Source: an uncultured delta proteobacterium (GTDB lineage: Bacteria; Desulfobacterota; Binatia; Binatales; Binataceae). From it: a stretch of 64,000 nt of DNA. Below are positions 18,639-27,547 of this stretch, piece by piece. Each line of letters opens with the position of its first letter. Position 1 is the first letter of the stretch. The notes beneath the pieces were generated by a model. It did no database searches and was not told the DNA's origin. It saw nothing but the letters and a program-made list of their open reading frames with translations. The stretch covers positions 2,619,611 to 2,683,610 of the forward strand of contig CAWEEQ010000004.1 in NCBI GenBank assembly GCA_963808235.1, read 5' to 3'. The translations under genes and the position numbers were made by a program.

Positions 18639-19518
18639 TCGCGCCCGTCGGATCCGGATGTCCGACTGACGCGCGGCGACAGGTTTGGCAATCGAGCCAT
18701 CCCGGGACGAGGCGGATGCATGCCTCGGTGCGTTGATCGACAACCTCGTCTTCTGCCGCCAAATCCATCCCGACGTTCCATAGCCAGGGATCCGACTCGA
18801 ACAAAGCATTCTGCGCCTGGAACGGCGGGAGTATGTAAGTGATTCTGTTGTCGGCGACGTCCTTTACGGCGGCTTTGAAGCAGAGATCGGACTCGGTCCA
18901 GAATTGAACCGCGAGGTCGCGCGGATCGTTGGCGCCGGCACTCTGCATCAAAACCTCGACATTGGGAATCCCGCGCGCCTTCAACAGGAATGGTATCCCG
19001 TGCTCCTCACTGTTCTCGCTGAGGATCGGATAGTAGCCGAGCAGGATAATTCTGCACTGAGGATCCGAGAACTTCGCGCAGACCGCCTGCAGCAAAAGTT
19101 TCATATCGGCATAGCAATGCTGCTTGATCAGGGCGCTGAGCGTTGGTGGCGCGGTGGTCGGATTCAACAAGACGCGGATATCGATGTCGTTGATTCCGCC
19201 ATTCATCAGAATCACGCGCACGGCGGATGGTTCGGCGTACTGATTGCACTGATCGAAAATGGTCGGACCCGACGACGGGATCTCGCCCGGTAACGTGGGC
19301 CATTTTGAATTTATTCCGGCTCCGATGACCGCCCCCGAATGCGCGCGCATCGCAGCCTGCAGGCCCGGATACTGCTGCGACAACTGATCGAACACCAACT
19401 GATGGAACTTGTTGCCTTCTTCGAGGCCCTGTCCCCACATGACCGAGTCGCCCATCACCAGCATCACGGGCGGCTGTGCATTGGTTGTCGGCGGATTGGT
19501 ACCTGTTGGTGCACTCAC
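18601..19518 (-). CDS. SGNH/GDSL hydrolase family protein
   Basis: VMLVMGDSVMWG (GDS motif block I), GGINDI block. Confidence 0.7.
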   Translation of the reverse strand: MSAPTGTNPPTTNAQPPVMLVMGDSVMWGQGLEEGNKFHQLVFDQLSQQYPGLQAAMRAHSGAVIGAGINSKWPTLPGEIPSSGPTIFDQCNQYAEPSAVRVILMNGGINDIDIRVLLNPTTAPPTLSALIKQHCYADMKLLLQAVCAKFSDPQCRIILLGYYPILSENSEEHGIPFLLKARGIPNVEVLMQSAGANDPRDLAVQFWTESDLCFKAAVKDVADNRITYILPPFQAQNALFESDPWLWNVGMDLAAEDEVVDQRTEACIRLVPGWLDCQTCRRASVGHPDPTGAIKYYEAVMSAFQ

Positions 19519-19548
19519 GGTTAAGTCCCCTTTGATTCCGGAAACAGA

Positions 19549-20178
19549 CTAGTTCGCGCGCCGAATAGCGGCTACTCCGGCGCCCGCCGCGATCAGCATC
19601 GCGCCCGCCGCGGTGTTGGTCGCTCGCGCAAAGCGCGGACGTGTCGCCAGGTGGGTCAGGCGGCCGGCGGCCGCACCGTAGGCAAACAGGACGAAGAATT
19701 CAATCGTGATGCTGGTGGCGGCAAGAATCGCGACCTGAATCGCGACGCTCCCGCGCGGATCGATAAATTGCGGCAGCAGCGCGGCAAAGAAGATTAGCGC
19801 TTTGGGGTTCGATGCCTGCAGGATGAATCCGTTGAGCATCATCCGCGCTGACGAAACGGGCGGCGCGTTTGCGCGTGCGGACGAAACTGCCGATGACCTC
19901 TTGAAGATCGTGACGACGCCGAGCCACACCAGGTATCCGGCGCCGATCCATTTGATCATGAAAAAGAGATTGTACGATGCGATCAGAATCGCGCCGATGC
20001 CGGTTGCGGAAATCAGGAAGTAAAATGCGTTGCCGGCGAGAATTCCCAGACTCGACCATAACGCGGCAATTCGTCCCCGCGACAATCCCTGCGCAACCAC
20101 CAGCAATACGGCAGGTCCGGGGGTCAGGCAAAGAATCGTCTCGGTGACCGCAAACAATGCCCAGATTTTCCAGCTCAT
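19549..20178 (-). CDS. LysE/RhtB family amino-acid exporter
   Basis: N-terminal LTPGPAVLLVVAQGLSRGR and six TM helices. Confidence 0.85.
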   Translation of the reverse strand: MSWKIWALFAVTETILCLTPGPAVLLVVAQGLSRGRIAALWSSLGILAGNAFYFLISATGIGAILIASYNLFFMIKWIGAGYLVWLGVVTIFKRSSAVSSARANAPPVSSARMMLNGFILQASNPKALIFFAALLPQFIDPRGSVAIQVAILAATSITIEFFVLFAYGAAAGRLTHLATRPRFARATNTAAGAMLIAAGAGVAAIRRAN

Positions 20179-20231
20179 CGAGGAAATACTAAATCACAGT
20201 TTTCGAACCTGGATCGACGCGCTTGTTACAG

Positions 20232-20260
20232 TTGACTCGGGGCACGGAGGCGCGGATATT
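20232..20260 (+). promoter_or_regulatory. candidate sigma70-type promoter (TTGACT-N17-GATATT)
   Basis: ttgact(20232-37), 17-nt spacer, gatatt(20255-60). No annotated gene follows immediately; see the finding on a small transcript. Confidence 0.25.
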
Positions 20261-20388
20261 CTCATCAACTCCCCGGCGGGAGGTGCGCACAAAATGAATA
20301 GCAACTTGAAAGATCTTGTCGAATTGCGCGTGAGTGCGCCTCCGCTGAGCAGTCGCCGGTAAAGAACAGAAATTCCCCGACATCTCAG

Positions 20389-20418
20389 CCACGGAGGCAT
20401 CGCTCCCGTGGTTTTTTT
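20389..20418 (+). terminator. intrinsic terminator (GC hairpin + T7)
   Basis: ccacggagg-catcg-ctcccgtgg followed by ttttttt. Orientation is plus-strand only. Confidence 0.5.
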
Positions 20419-20573
20419 GCGTCCGCTGCGCGCCGCTACGGTGGCCGACGCGCTCGCGCGCGATTGACGATTTCCACTTTTTCACTTTTCACGTTTCGAA
20501 AAATCGCAAATGGAGGACGAAGCCATGAGGAAAAATAATTGGCGGCCGAAACCCGTAAGCAACGGAGTACAAG

Positions 20574-21311
20574 ATGTTCGAAAACGATACAGAGGACGCA
20601 TTCGACGCGTTCATCGGCGACGGATTGATAAGTGAAGTTCTTTACGAAGTCCGCAGCGGCAAGGAGGCGACGGTGTATTGCTGCCGCGGCGCGGAATCGA
20701 GTGGAAGAGAGTTCGTGGCGGCGAAAGTTTACCGGCCGCTCGAGCATCGCGGATTTCGCAACGACGCAATCTACCAGACCGGCCGCGACGCCCCTTTGGA
20801 CAGCCGCAGCCGGCGCGCGTTGGCGAACAAGACCCGGCATGGGCGCGATGTCCAATTCGGCACCTGGATCAATGCGGAGTTTCAGATCATGCGCCTGCTG
20901 CATGACGCGGGCGCAGACGTGCCCGAGGTGCTCGCACGATCGGGAAGCGCTCTGCTGATGGAATATTTCGGCGACGAGCGCGGTGCCGCGCCGATGCTGT
21001 TCCGCGCCGCGCTCAATCGCGAAGAGGCCGGCGCGATTCTCCGCAAGATAATCGACAACGTGACCCTATGGCTCGCGAACCATCTGGTGCATGGCGACCT
21101 GTCGCCGTACAACCTTCTTTACTGGGAGGGGCGAATCGTCGCGATCGATTTTCCGCAGGCGGTCGACGCGCGGGTCAATCCGGCGGCGCGGTCGTTGCTG
21201 ATGCGCGATCTGGAAAATGTGTGCGGGTATTTTTCGAAGTATGGAATCCGCGCGGACGCGCATCGGATCGCCAACGGTCTCTGGGTGCAGTACCAGGCTG
21301 GACGGCTCTAG
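20574..21311 (+). CDS. RIO-type serine protein kinase
   Basis: ATVYCC...AAKVYR (ATP-binding Lys), HGDLSPYNLLY catalytic loop, IDFPQAVD metal-binding loop. Confidence 0.8.
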   Translation: MFENDTEDAFDAFIGDGLISEVLYEVRSGKEATVYCCRGAESSGREFVAAKVYRPLEHRGFRNDAIYQTGRDAPLDSRSRRALANKTRHGRDVQFGTWINAEFQIMRLLHDAGADVPEVLARSGSALLMEYFGDERGAAPMLFRAALNREEAGAILRKIIDNVTLWLANHLVHGDLSPYNLLYWEGRIVAIDFPQAVDARVNPAARSLLMRDLENVCGYFSKYGIRADAHRIANGLWVQYQAGRL

Positions 21312-21518
21312 GAGTCGGAGCGATCGGGGGTGCGGCGCGCCCACCAGAAGATGTCGCATAGCGCGCCGCATGCGGGGAGGTAGACTTTTGGCGGCTCGGC
21401 GCGATCGACGGCGGCGTCAATGGGCGAATCTGCCTGCTCGGGCGATGCAGTGTTAGGAAGAGCCGCCCTTTTCCCGCCGCGTTCCATTGTCACTAATTCT
21501 AGTCGAACCCGAGCGCCG

Positions 21519-22478
21519 CTAGTAGAAGCGATGTTCTCCGGGAGGGCGGGTTTTCCAGCGGCGGTGGATCCAGTTCCAGTGGTCGGGATGCTCGCGGATC
21601 ATGCCCTCGAGCGTGCTCGTATAGCGCTGGGTGTACTCGCGGACGTCTCTTTCGCGGTCGCGGGTTTTCTCGGCATAGATGGCGGGGAGAATAGTGATCT
21701 TGTGGTGAACCGTGTCGCCCTGCCGCACCATGAAGACCGGAATCACCGGCGCGCCGGTCGCGATTGCGAGCCGCGCCATCCCGTCGCTGGTCGATGCGGG
21801 CATCCCGAAAAAATCCACGAACACTCCCTTGCGCACGTCGAGGTCGAGCGCGATCGCGATCATCCAGTTCTGCCGGAGCATCCGGAGCATCTCGCGGCCG
21901 CCGGCCTTGCGCTCGATGACCCGGTTGCCATAGCGGACGCGCGCGCCGCATACGGCCGCATCGATAAGCGGATTGCGCAGCGCGCGATGCACGATCGCGA
22001 GATGATATCCGTAAATAGAATGGGCGAGCTGCAGAAGTTCGAAATTTCCGTAATGCCCGGTCAGTACGAACAGACCGCGGCCCTTGCTGCGGCGTTCGGC
22101 TTCGTCCCAATGCTCCTTGCCCTCGTAGGTGGCGACGCTCTCGATATTGGCGCGGCTCAGCTCGCCGCAGTGAGTCCACTCGGCGAGCATCCGGCCCCAG
22201 CTGCGATACATCTTGCGGAGCATCGCGAGCCGCTCCTGCGCGGTCATCTCGGGGAAAGCGATCTCGAGGTTCTTGAGCGCAATCGGCCGGTTGGGACGAT
22301 CGAAATTCATCGCCCATCCGCCGAGGCGAGCACCCGCACGCACGGCGCGCTGAAGCGGCATCGCACGCAACGCGGCAGTCACGGCAGAAATGCCGGTGTA
22401 TTCGATTCGAGCTTGAACAGCGCCTATCTGTCGGGCCATTGGAATTTGAGAATGTTCAGACAAAGCAACGGCGCGCAA
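21519..22478 (-). CDS. lpxL: lipid A biosynthesis lauroyl/myristoyl acyltransferase (LpxL/LpxM family)
   Basis: LKNLEIAFPEMTAQER, LTGHYGNFEL, HPDHWNWIHRRWK. The antisense 378-aa ORF on + is regarded as spurious. Confidence 0.8.
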   Translation of the reverse strand: MRAVALSEHSQIPMARQIGAVQARIEYTGISAVTAALRAMPLQRAVRAGARLGGWAMNFDRPNRPIALKNLEIAFPEMTAQERLAMLRKMYRSWGRMLAEWTHCGELSRANIESVATYEGKEHWDEAERRSKGRGLFVLTGHYGNFELLQLAHSIYGYHLAIVHRALRNPLIDAAVCGARVRYGNRVIERKAGGREMLRMLRQNWMIAIALDLDVRKGVFVDFFGMPASTSDGMARLAIATGAPVIPVFMVRQGDTVHHKITILPAIYAEKTRDRERDVREYTQRYTSTLEGMIREHPDHWNWIHRRWKTRPPGEHRFY

Positions 22479-22520
22479 GCTGAACGCATGCGCGCCGCCG
22501 TGGTGCTCTACACTTTTGAT

Positions 22521-25202
22521 TTACGGAGCGAGCGCCGGGGTAACTCCCTTCGATGATGCGCCAAGCGCGCTCGATGACTCCGAGAGCCCGTCGCCGGTGG
22601 CGGCGGGACTGGCGGAAACGGTGCCCGCACCCGAATCAAGCGGAGCACTCGGAGCACTGGAGGCAATTGGAGCACTCGATGCACTCGGAGCTCTGGTCGC
22701 AATCGAAGCGCTAGCGGCGCCGGGTGTCTTGTTCATCGAGGTCGGCCCGATCTCTTCGGTATTGAACGGAGTCTCGACGTTTCCGCTGCTGCCCGGAGCC
22801 ACTTCGCCCGGCGTTGGATTCTCAGGACCCGGTGCGACGGCCGCGCCGCCATAAGGAGCGTTCAGGTCAGCCTCGGGAGAAACGGGAATCGAGAAGCTCG
22901 GCTTGTACAGTTCTCTGATCTGCGAAGCCGGCATGTCGTGAATTTCCTTGCGGCCGATCGAGTTGGCGAACCGCTGGCGTTCGTCGAGAGCGAGCGAGCG
23001 CAGCTCGGTCTTGTTGCGAATGACGTGCGGGGTCAGGAACACGATCAGGTTGTCCTTCTGCTTGTCGTTGCTCTTGTCGCTGAACAGGTTTCCGAGCACC
23101 GGGATACTCGAGATGAACGGGATGCCCTGGTTGGTGATCTGATCCTGGCTTGCGAGCAAGCCGCCGATTACCGCGGTGCGATGGTTCTGGATCATCACCG
23201 TGGTCGAGGCGGAGCGAATGGTCGTGGTCGGGCCGAGCGGGTTGTTCGCGGTGCCGTTGACGACGTTGGAAACCTCTTCGTAGAGATCCAGTTTGACGTA
23301 GTCGCCTTCTATTCCGGAGACTTGCGGCACGATATCGAGCGTGATGCCGACGTTCTGGCGTTCGACCGAGTTGAAGATCTGCCCGGGCAGTCCGGCGTTG
23401 GCCGCCGACGAGCCGACGAAGGGCAGGTTCTGCCCGACCACAATCATGGCTTCTTCATTGTCGGCGGTCAGCAGGGTCGGCGCGGAGAGCACGTTGGCGT
23501 GCTGGTCGGTTTCGAGCGCGATGAGGAGTGCCGCGTCGCAAGGAATGTTCACCGTGCCGGTGGTGGAGGTGCCGGTGCCGCCTGTTCCCGAAGCGGCCGC
23601 CGCGAGCGTGCTCGGGACTGCACACATCGTTTTCGAGGCAAGCCCCATCGCGAGGCCGGTCACTCCGAGCGGATTGCCGAGCACATTCTGAAGCTGGCCG
23701 GTGTTAAATGTGCCGACGCCGATCGTACTTCCACTAATGTTCGTGCCGGCGTTGAAGTTGACGCCCAACTCGCGCTGGCGCTCGGCGGATACTTCGACGA
23801 TGACGGCTTGCACGAAGATCTGGACGCGCGGCTTGTCAAGGTCGTCAACAATTTGCCGGAGCGTCTCCCAATCCTGCGGCAACGCGCTGATCACGAGCTG
23901 GTTGGTCGCGGGATCGGCAGTTACTTGTACCGGGTAATGGAAATCGACACCCTTGCCGGCGGAACTCGCTGACGACGATCCGCTACCGGCAGCAGAGGAG
24001 CCACTGCTGCTGCGCAGCCCGCCGCCACCCCCAAATCCGCCGCCGCCGCCGAATCCACCGCCGCCGCCAAAGCCGCCGCCGCCACTGGAACCGCCAAAGC
24101 TTGCGCTGCTCATCAACCCGCCGCCGCCGCCGCCATAGCCGCCGCCGATTCCGCCAAAGCCCGAATTGCCGTAGCCACTGGCGGCGCTGTTGAAACTCGA
24201 GCGACCGAGCGATCCTTTGCCGGTGGTCGGCGAGAGCGTGCTCGGGCTGCTGCCGTTGTTGAGCAGGCTGTTGAGCACCTGGACCATCTCGATCGCCTCG
24301 GCGTTCTTCAGCCGGTAAACATGTATTCGCGAGGTCGCGTTGGTCGGTGAAACGTCAAGCTTGCCGACGATATCCGAGATCTCGCGCATCTGAAGCGGCG
24401 GCGCCAGCACGATCAGCGAGTTGGTGCGCTCGTCGGGGATGACTTTGTAGCCGGTCGCTGATCCAGTGGAGGAAGCGCCTCCGATACCCAGTTGCGGGCG
24501 TCCGGGCACTTGCGCGCCGCCCGAGGACTGCATCCGCGCCGCCATCAACTGATCGATCTCCGGGGCCAACTCGCCCGCGAACGCTATTCTGAGCGGGATA
24601 ACCTCGACGGTCGGCTGATCGCCGCGCACGTCGAGGCTGCCGATTACCTGGAGCAATCTTTCGACGTTGTAAGCGTCGTCGGTCACGATGACGGTGTTGT
24701 CACTGGGAAACGCGGCGACCAGACCGTCGTGCGAGACCATCGGCTGGATAACTCCGACCACCGAGGCCGCGTCGATATTTTTAAGCCGCACCATCCGGGT
24801 GACGTACTCGTCGCCCCGGGTCTCGGCAGGCGACTGGGATTGGGTCAGCGCAGCCGACGAGCGGATGTTGCGCGCGGGAACGATTTTGATCACCTTGCCG
24901 GCCTGGACGGTGGTGAAGCCCTTAACCTGTAGGACGGACTGGAAAATCGAATAGGCCTGTTCGGGAGTCACCTTGCTCGGCGAGATGATAGTAACCTTGC
25001 CGCGCACGCTTTCGTCGATGATGAAGTTGCGGCCGGTGATCTCGCTGATGAACTTGGCGAGAACGGGAATATCCACGTTCTGGAAATTCATCGTGATCTG
25101 ATTTTGTGGAGGCAGTCCGACGGGATCCGCCGCAGACGCCCGGAACGCGCAGGCTCCAACAAATAGCGCTGCTGCCAGCGCCCCGGCCAATAGACGGTTC
25201 AT
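22521..25202 (-). CDS. gspD: secretin (GspD-type) with signal peptide, internal Gly-rich linker and long Ser/Ala/Pro-rich C-terminal extension
   Basis: Start set at MNRLLAGALAAALFVGACAFRASA (25202); the track ORF to 26276 is an upstream read-through. N0 domain NVDIPVLAKFISEITGRNFIIDESVRGKVTIISP; secretin domain VQIFVQAVIVEVSAERQRELGVNF... No other T2SS/T4P genes in the window. Confidence 0.85.
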   Translation of the reverse strand: MNRLLAGALAAALFVGACAFRASAADPVGLPPQNQITMNFQNVDIPVLAKFISEITGRNFIIDESVRGKVTIISPSKVTPEQAYSIFQSVLQVKGFTTVQAGKVIKIVPARNIRSSAALTQSQSPAETRGDEYVTRMVRLKNIDAASVVGVIQPMVSHDGLVAAFPSDNTVIVTDDAYNVERLLQVIGSLDVRGDQPTVEVIPLRIAFAGELAPEIDQLMAARMQSSGGAQVPGRPQLGIGGASSTGSATGYKVIPDERTNSLIVLAPPLQMREISDIVGKLDVSPTNATSRIHVYRLKNAEAIEMVQVLNSLLNNGSSPSTLSPTTGKGSLGRSSFNSAASGYGNSGFGGIGGGYGGGGGGLMSSASFGGSSGGGGFGGGGGFGGGGGFGGGGGLRSSSGSSAAGSGSSSASSAGKGVDFHYPVQVTADPATNQLVISALPQDWETLRQIVDDLDKPRVQIFVQAVIVEVSAERQRELGVNFNAGTNISGSTIGVGTFNTGQLQNVLGNPLGVTGLAMGLASKTMCAVPSTLAAAASGTGGTGTSTTGTVNIPCDAALLIALETDQHANVLSAPTLLTADNEEAMIVVGQNLPFVGSSAANAGLPGQIFNSVERQNVGITLDIVPQVSGIEGDYVKLDLYEEVSNVVNGTANNPLGPTTTIRSASTTVMIQNHRTAVIGGLLASQDQITNQGIPFISSIPVLGNLFSDKSNDKQKDNLIVFLTPHVIRNKTELRSLALDERQRFANSIGRKEIHDMPASQIRELYKPSFSIPVSPEADLNAPYGGAAVAPGPENPTPGEVAPGSSGNVETPFNTEEIGPTSMNKTPGAASASIATRAPSASSAPIASSAPSAPLDSGAGTVSASPAATGDGLSESSSALGASSKGVTPALAP
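22600..22720. repeat. imperfect short tandem DNA repeats (ggagcactcg units) encoding the Ser/Ala-rich tail of the secretin
   Basis: gagcactcggagcactggaggcaattggagcactcgatgcactcggagctctgg. Confidence 0.4.
23995..24135. repeat. 15-nt tandem repeat (ccgccgccgccgaaTccA-like) encoding (GGGGF)n inside the secretin gene
   Basis: Minus-strand protein GGGYGGGGGGLMSSASFGGSSGGGGFGGGGGFGGGGGFGGGGG; plus strand reads PPPPNPPPPPNPPPPPKPPPP. Confidence 0.5.
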
Positions 25203-25367
25203 CCGAGCACCCTCCCCGCAATTTCGGGTCAAACGCCGTGAGCTTAATTCACACCCCCGAGGCAGTGCAACCCACAAAGATTGCAAATGCGCCGAGGCTC
25301 GGCGACTATGACGAAGTCTGCGCCCATTTGATTCAATGAACCCCGCGAACCAAAACGCTTTCCGCAC

Positions 25368-26699
25368 GTGCGCAGGTCCGCGCGGGGCCGCCGCCGGCAG
25401 CCGGTAAGGATATCCGGATTGCGCTTCGAATTCCTGATCGGACTGCGATATTTGCGGGCCCGGCGCCGCGAACGATTCGTCTCGCTGATCGCGATAATTT
25501 CTCTTATCGGAGTCACACTCGGGACTTGGGCGCTGACGGTTGCGCTGTCGGTGATGTGCGGATTCCAGGAAGATTTGCGCGGCCGGCTGCTCGCATTCAC
25601 TCCGCAAATCACGATCGAACGCAGTGACGGCGGGGTCTGGAATCCAGCCGACCTGGAGAAGAAACTCGCGGCTATTCCCGCCGTGACCGCGTCTGCGCCA
25701 TTCGTTACCTCGCAGGTGATGGCGGTATCGAGCACGGATACTGGGGCACCCGGGCTCGTTTCGGGCGGAATTTTGCGCGGCGTTATCGCACACGACAACC
25801 CGGTCCTGAAAGAATTGCAAAGCACGCTCGAGTCGGGAAGCCTCGCCGGACTGGAGAAGACCTATCCGGTGACTATCTTGGACAAGAGCGTGAAGCGGGA
25901 AGTCGAGCTGCCGGGCGCGATAGTCGGCAGGCAGCTCGCCTTGGACCTCGACGCGAGAGTTGGCGATCCGATCATTCTGATTTCGCCCGCAAGCCTGGGC
26001 TCGGGAATCGGGCCGCCGCGGCTCAAGCGATTCGTGGTCGAGGGCATCTTTCACTCCGGCATGTACGAGTTCGACTCGACGCTGGTTTTCACCGCGCTGA
26101 AAGACGGACGCGCGCTGCTGGCTGATGATCCGAATCTGGAGAGCGGGCTGGAACTCAGGCTGGTCAACATGTTCGACGCGCCGGCGATGCGCAACCAGAT
26201 CGCGGCGATCGCGGGGCCGGACTTCGAGGTTTCCGATTGGACCACGGCCAACGCGCCGCTCTTCTCCGCGCTGCAACTGGAGAAGTTCACCTATTTCATG
26301 GTGCTGCTGCTGATCGTGCTGGTCGCCGCGTTCAACATTATCGCGACGCTGGTGATGGTGGTGATGGAGCGACGCAAGGAAATCGCTATTGTGCGCGCGA
26401 TGGGCGCGCGGGCCGTGTCGGTGGCGGCGATCTTCTTATGCGAAGGGGCGGCGCTCGGGATCGTCGGCACGATGATCGGCGTCGTTGCGGGCTTTCTGAC
26501 TTCTTTCGCAATCGGCAGGTACCATCTGATTCGTCTGCCCGCCGACATGTTCATGGTGAGCAACGTGCCGGTGTGCCTGCGTGCGGTTAATTTTATCGCG
26601 GTGGCGGCGGCGACGATCGTGCTGTGCCTGCTCGCGGCGGTTTACCCGGCATTGCAGGCGATGCGCCTCTCGCCGGTCGAGGTGATTCGTTATGAGTGA
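25368..26699 (+). CDS. lipoprotein-releasing ABC transporter permease (LolC/E family, FtsX-like); single permease gene (LolF-type arrangement)
   Basis: FEFLIGLRYLRARR N-terminus; large periplasmic loop; C-terminal FtsX 4-TM. GTG start at 25368; alternative TTG at 25419. Confidence 0.85.
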   Translation: MRRSARGRRRQPVRISGLRFEFLIGLRYLRARRRERFVSLIAIISLIGVTLGTWALTVALSVMCGFQEDLRGRLLAFTPQITIERSDGGVWNPADLEKKLAAIPAVTASAPFVTSQVMAVSSTDTGAPGLVSGGILRGVIAHDNPVLKELQSTLESGSLAGLEKTYPVTILDKSVKREVELPGAIVGRQLALDLDARVGDPIILISPASLGSGIGPPRLKRFVVEGIFHSGMYEFDSTLVFTALKDGRALLADDPNLESGLELRLVNMFDAPAMRNQIAAIAGPDFEVSDWTTANAPLFSALQLEKFTYFMVLLLIVLVAAFNIIATLVMVVMERRKEIAIVRAMGARAVSVAAIFLCEGAALGIVGTMIGVVAGFLTSFAIGRYHLIRLPADMFMVSNVPVCLRAVNFIAVAAATIVLCLLAAVYPALQAMRLSPVEVIRYE

Positions 26700-27420
26700 A
26701 CCGCGCGCGGGCGCAGCGAAACCGAAAGGCGCGGGCGGGCGTCTAATCGAGGTGCGCGGCCTCGACAAGAATTTCTATGACGCCGATCGCGAGATCCGGG
26801 TGCTGCGTGGGCTCGACCTTACGGTAAATGCCGGTGAGGAGGTCGCGATCGTCGGGCAATCGGGAACCGGCAAGTCGACGCTGTTGTACATCATCGGCAG
26901 CCTGGAGGAGGCGACTGCGGGCAAGGTTTTTTTCGAAGGCGAGGATTTGTTCGCGCTCGATCAGAAAGCGCTCGCCGAGTTCCGCAATCTGAAGCTGGGC
27001 TTCGTGTTCCAGTTCCATTACCTGCTCGCTGATTTCACGGCGCTGGAGAACGTTATGATGCCCGCGTTGATTGGCCGGATGCCCGATGAAACCGCGCGCA
27101 AGCTCGCGACCGAGGTGCTGGAGATCGTGGGACTCGGCGACAAGCTCGGGCGGCGGCCGGCGGAGCTTTCGGGCGGCGAGCAGCAGCGGGTAGCGGTCGC
27201 GCGCGCGGTGGTGCTGCGGCCGAAGCTGCTGCTTGCGGACGAGCCGACCGGCAACCTGGATCCGCACACCGCCGAGGAAGTTCACGACTTGTTCCACAAA
27301 CTGAACCGCGAGTTGGGGATAACGCTGGTGATCGCGACTCACAATGAGCGCCTGACGCGCAGCGTCGGCCGCGCATTGCGCCTTCATGAGGGAAAATTGC
27401 TCGCCGAGCCGAAGAGCTGA
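26692..27420 (+). CDS. lolD: lipoprotein-releasing ABC transporter ATP-binding protein LolD
   Basis: Walker [10 protein letters not shown]; [14 protein letters not shown]; Walker [13 protein letters not shown]. 8-nt overlap with the permease gene. Confidence 0.85.
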   Translation: MSEPRAGAAKPKGAGGRLIEVRGLDKNFYDADREIRVLRGLDLTVNAGEEVAIVGQSGTGKSTLLYIIGSLEEATAGKVFFEGEDLFALDQKALAEFRNLKLGFVFQFHYLLADFTALENVMMPALIGRMPDETARKLATEVLEIVGLGDKLGRRPAELSGGEQQRVAVARAVVLRPKLLLADEPTGNLDPHTAEEVHDLFHKLNRELGITLVIATHNERLTRSVGRALRLHEGKLLAEPKS

Positions 27421-27547
27421 CGGCTCTTGAGCGATCGCAGCGTGATGAAAAGCGCCGCGGCGAGTCGGCGAAGTTGCTTGGGCGGATAAGTCGGTTTACA
27501 TGGGAAGACCGATTGGCTAGTTTGGTCGCCGTTTTTAGTGTGGTTGA

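Noticed and set aside
21420-22556. 378-aa + strand ORF
   Set aside because: Antisense to a well-supported LpxL-family gene. Ala/Arg/Gly-rich composition is typical of spurious high-GC ORFs.
23953-24138. + strand ORF encoding PPPPNPPPPPNPPPPPKPPPP, and the question of a CRISPR or other spaced-repeat array
   Set aside because: The repeats are contiguous 15-nt tandem units with no spacers. They lie inside the secretin gene, where they encode its Gly-rich linker. This is not a CRISPR array or a separate proline-rich protein.
25203-26276. Upstream 358 aa of the 1251-aa track ORF (secretin)
   Set aside because: Read-through of a stop-free GC-rich frame antisense to lolC/E. The secretin has a clear signal-peptide start at 25202.
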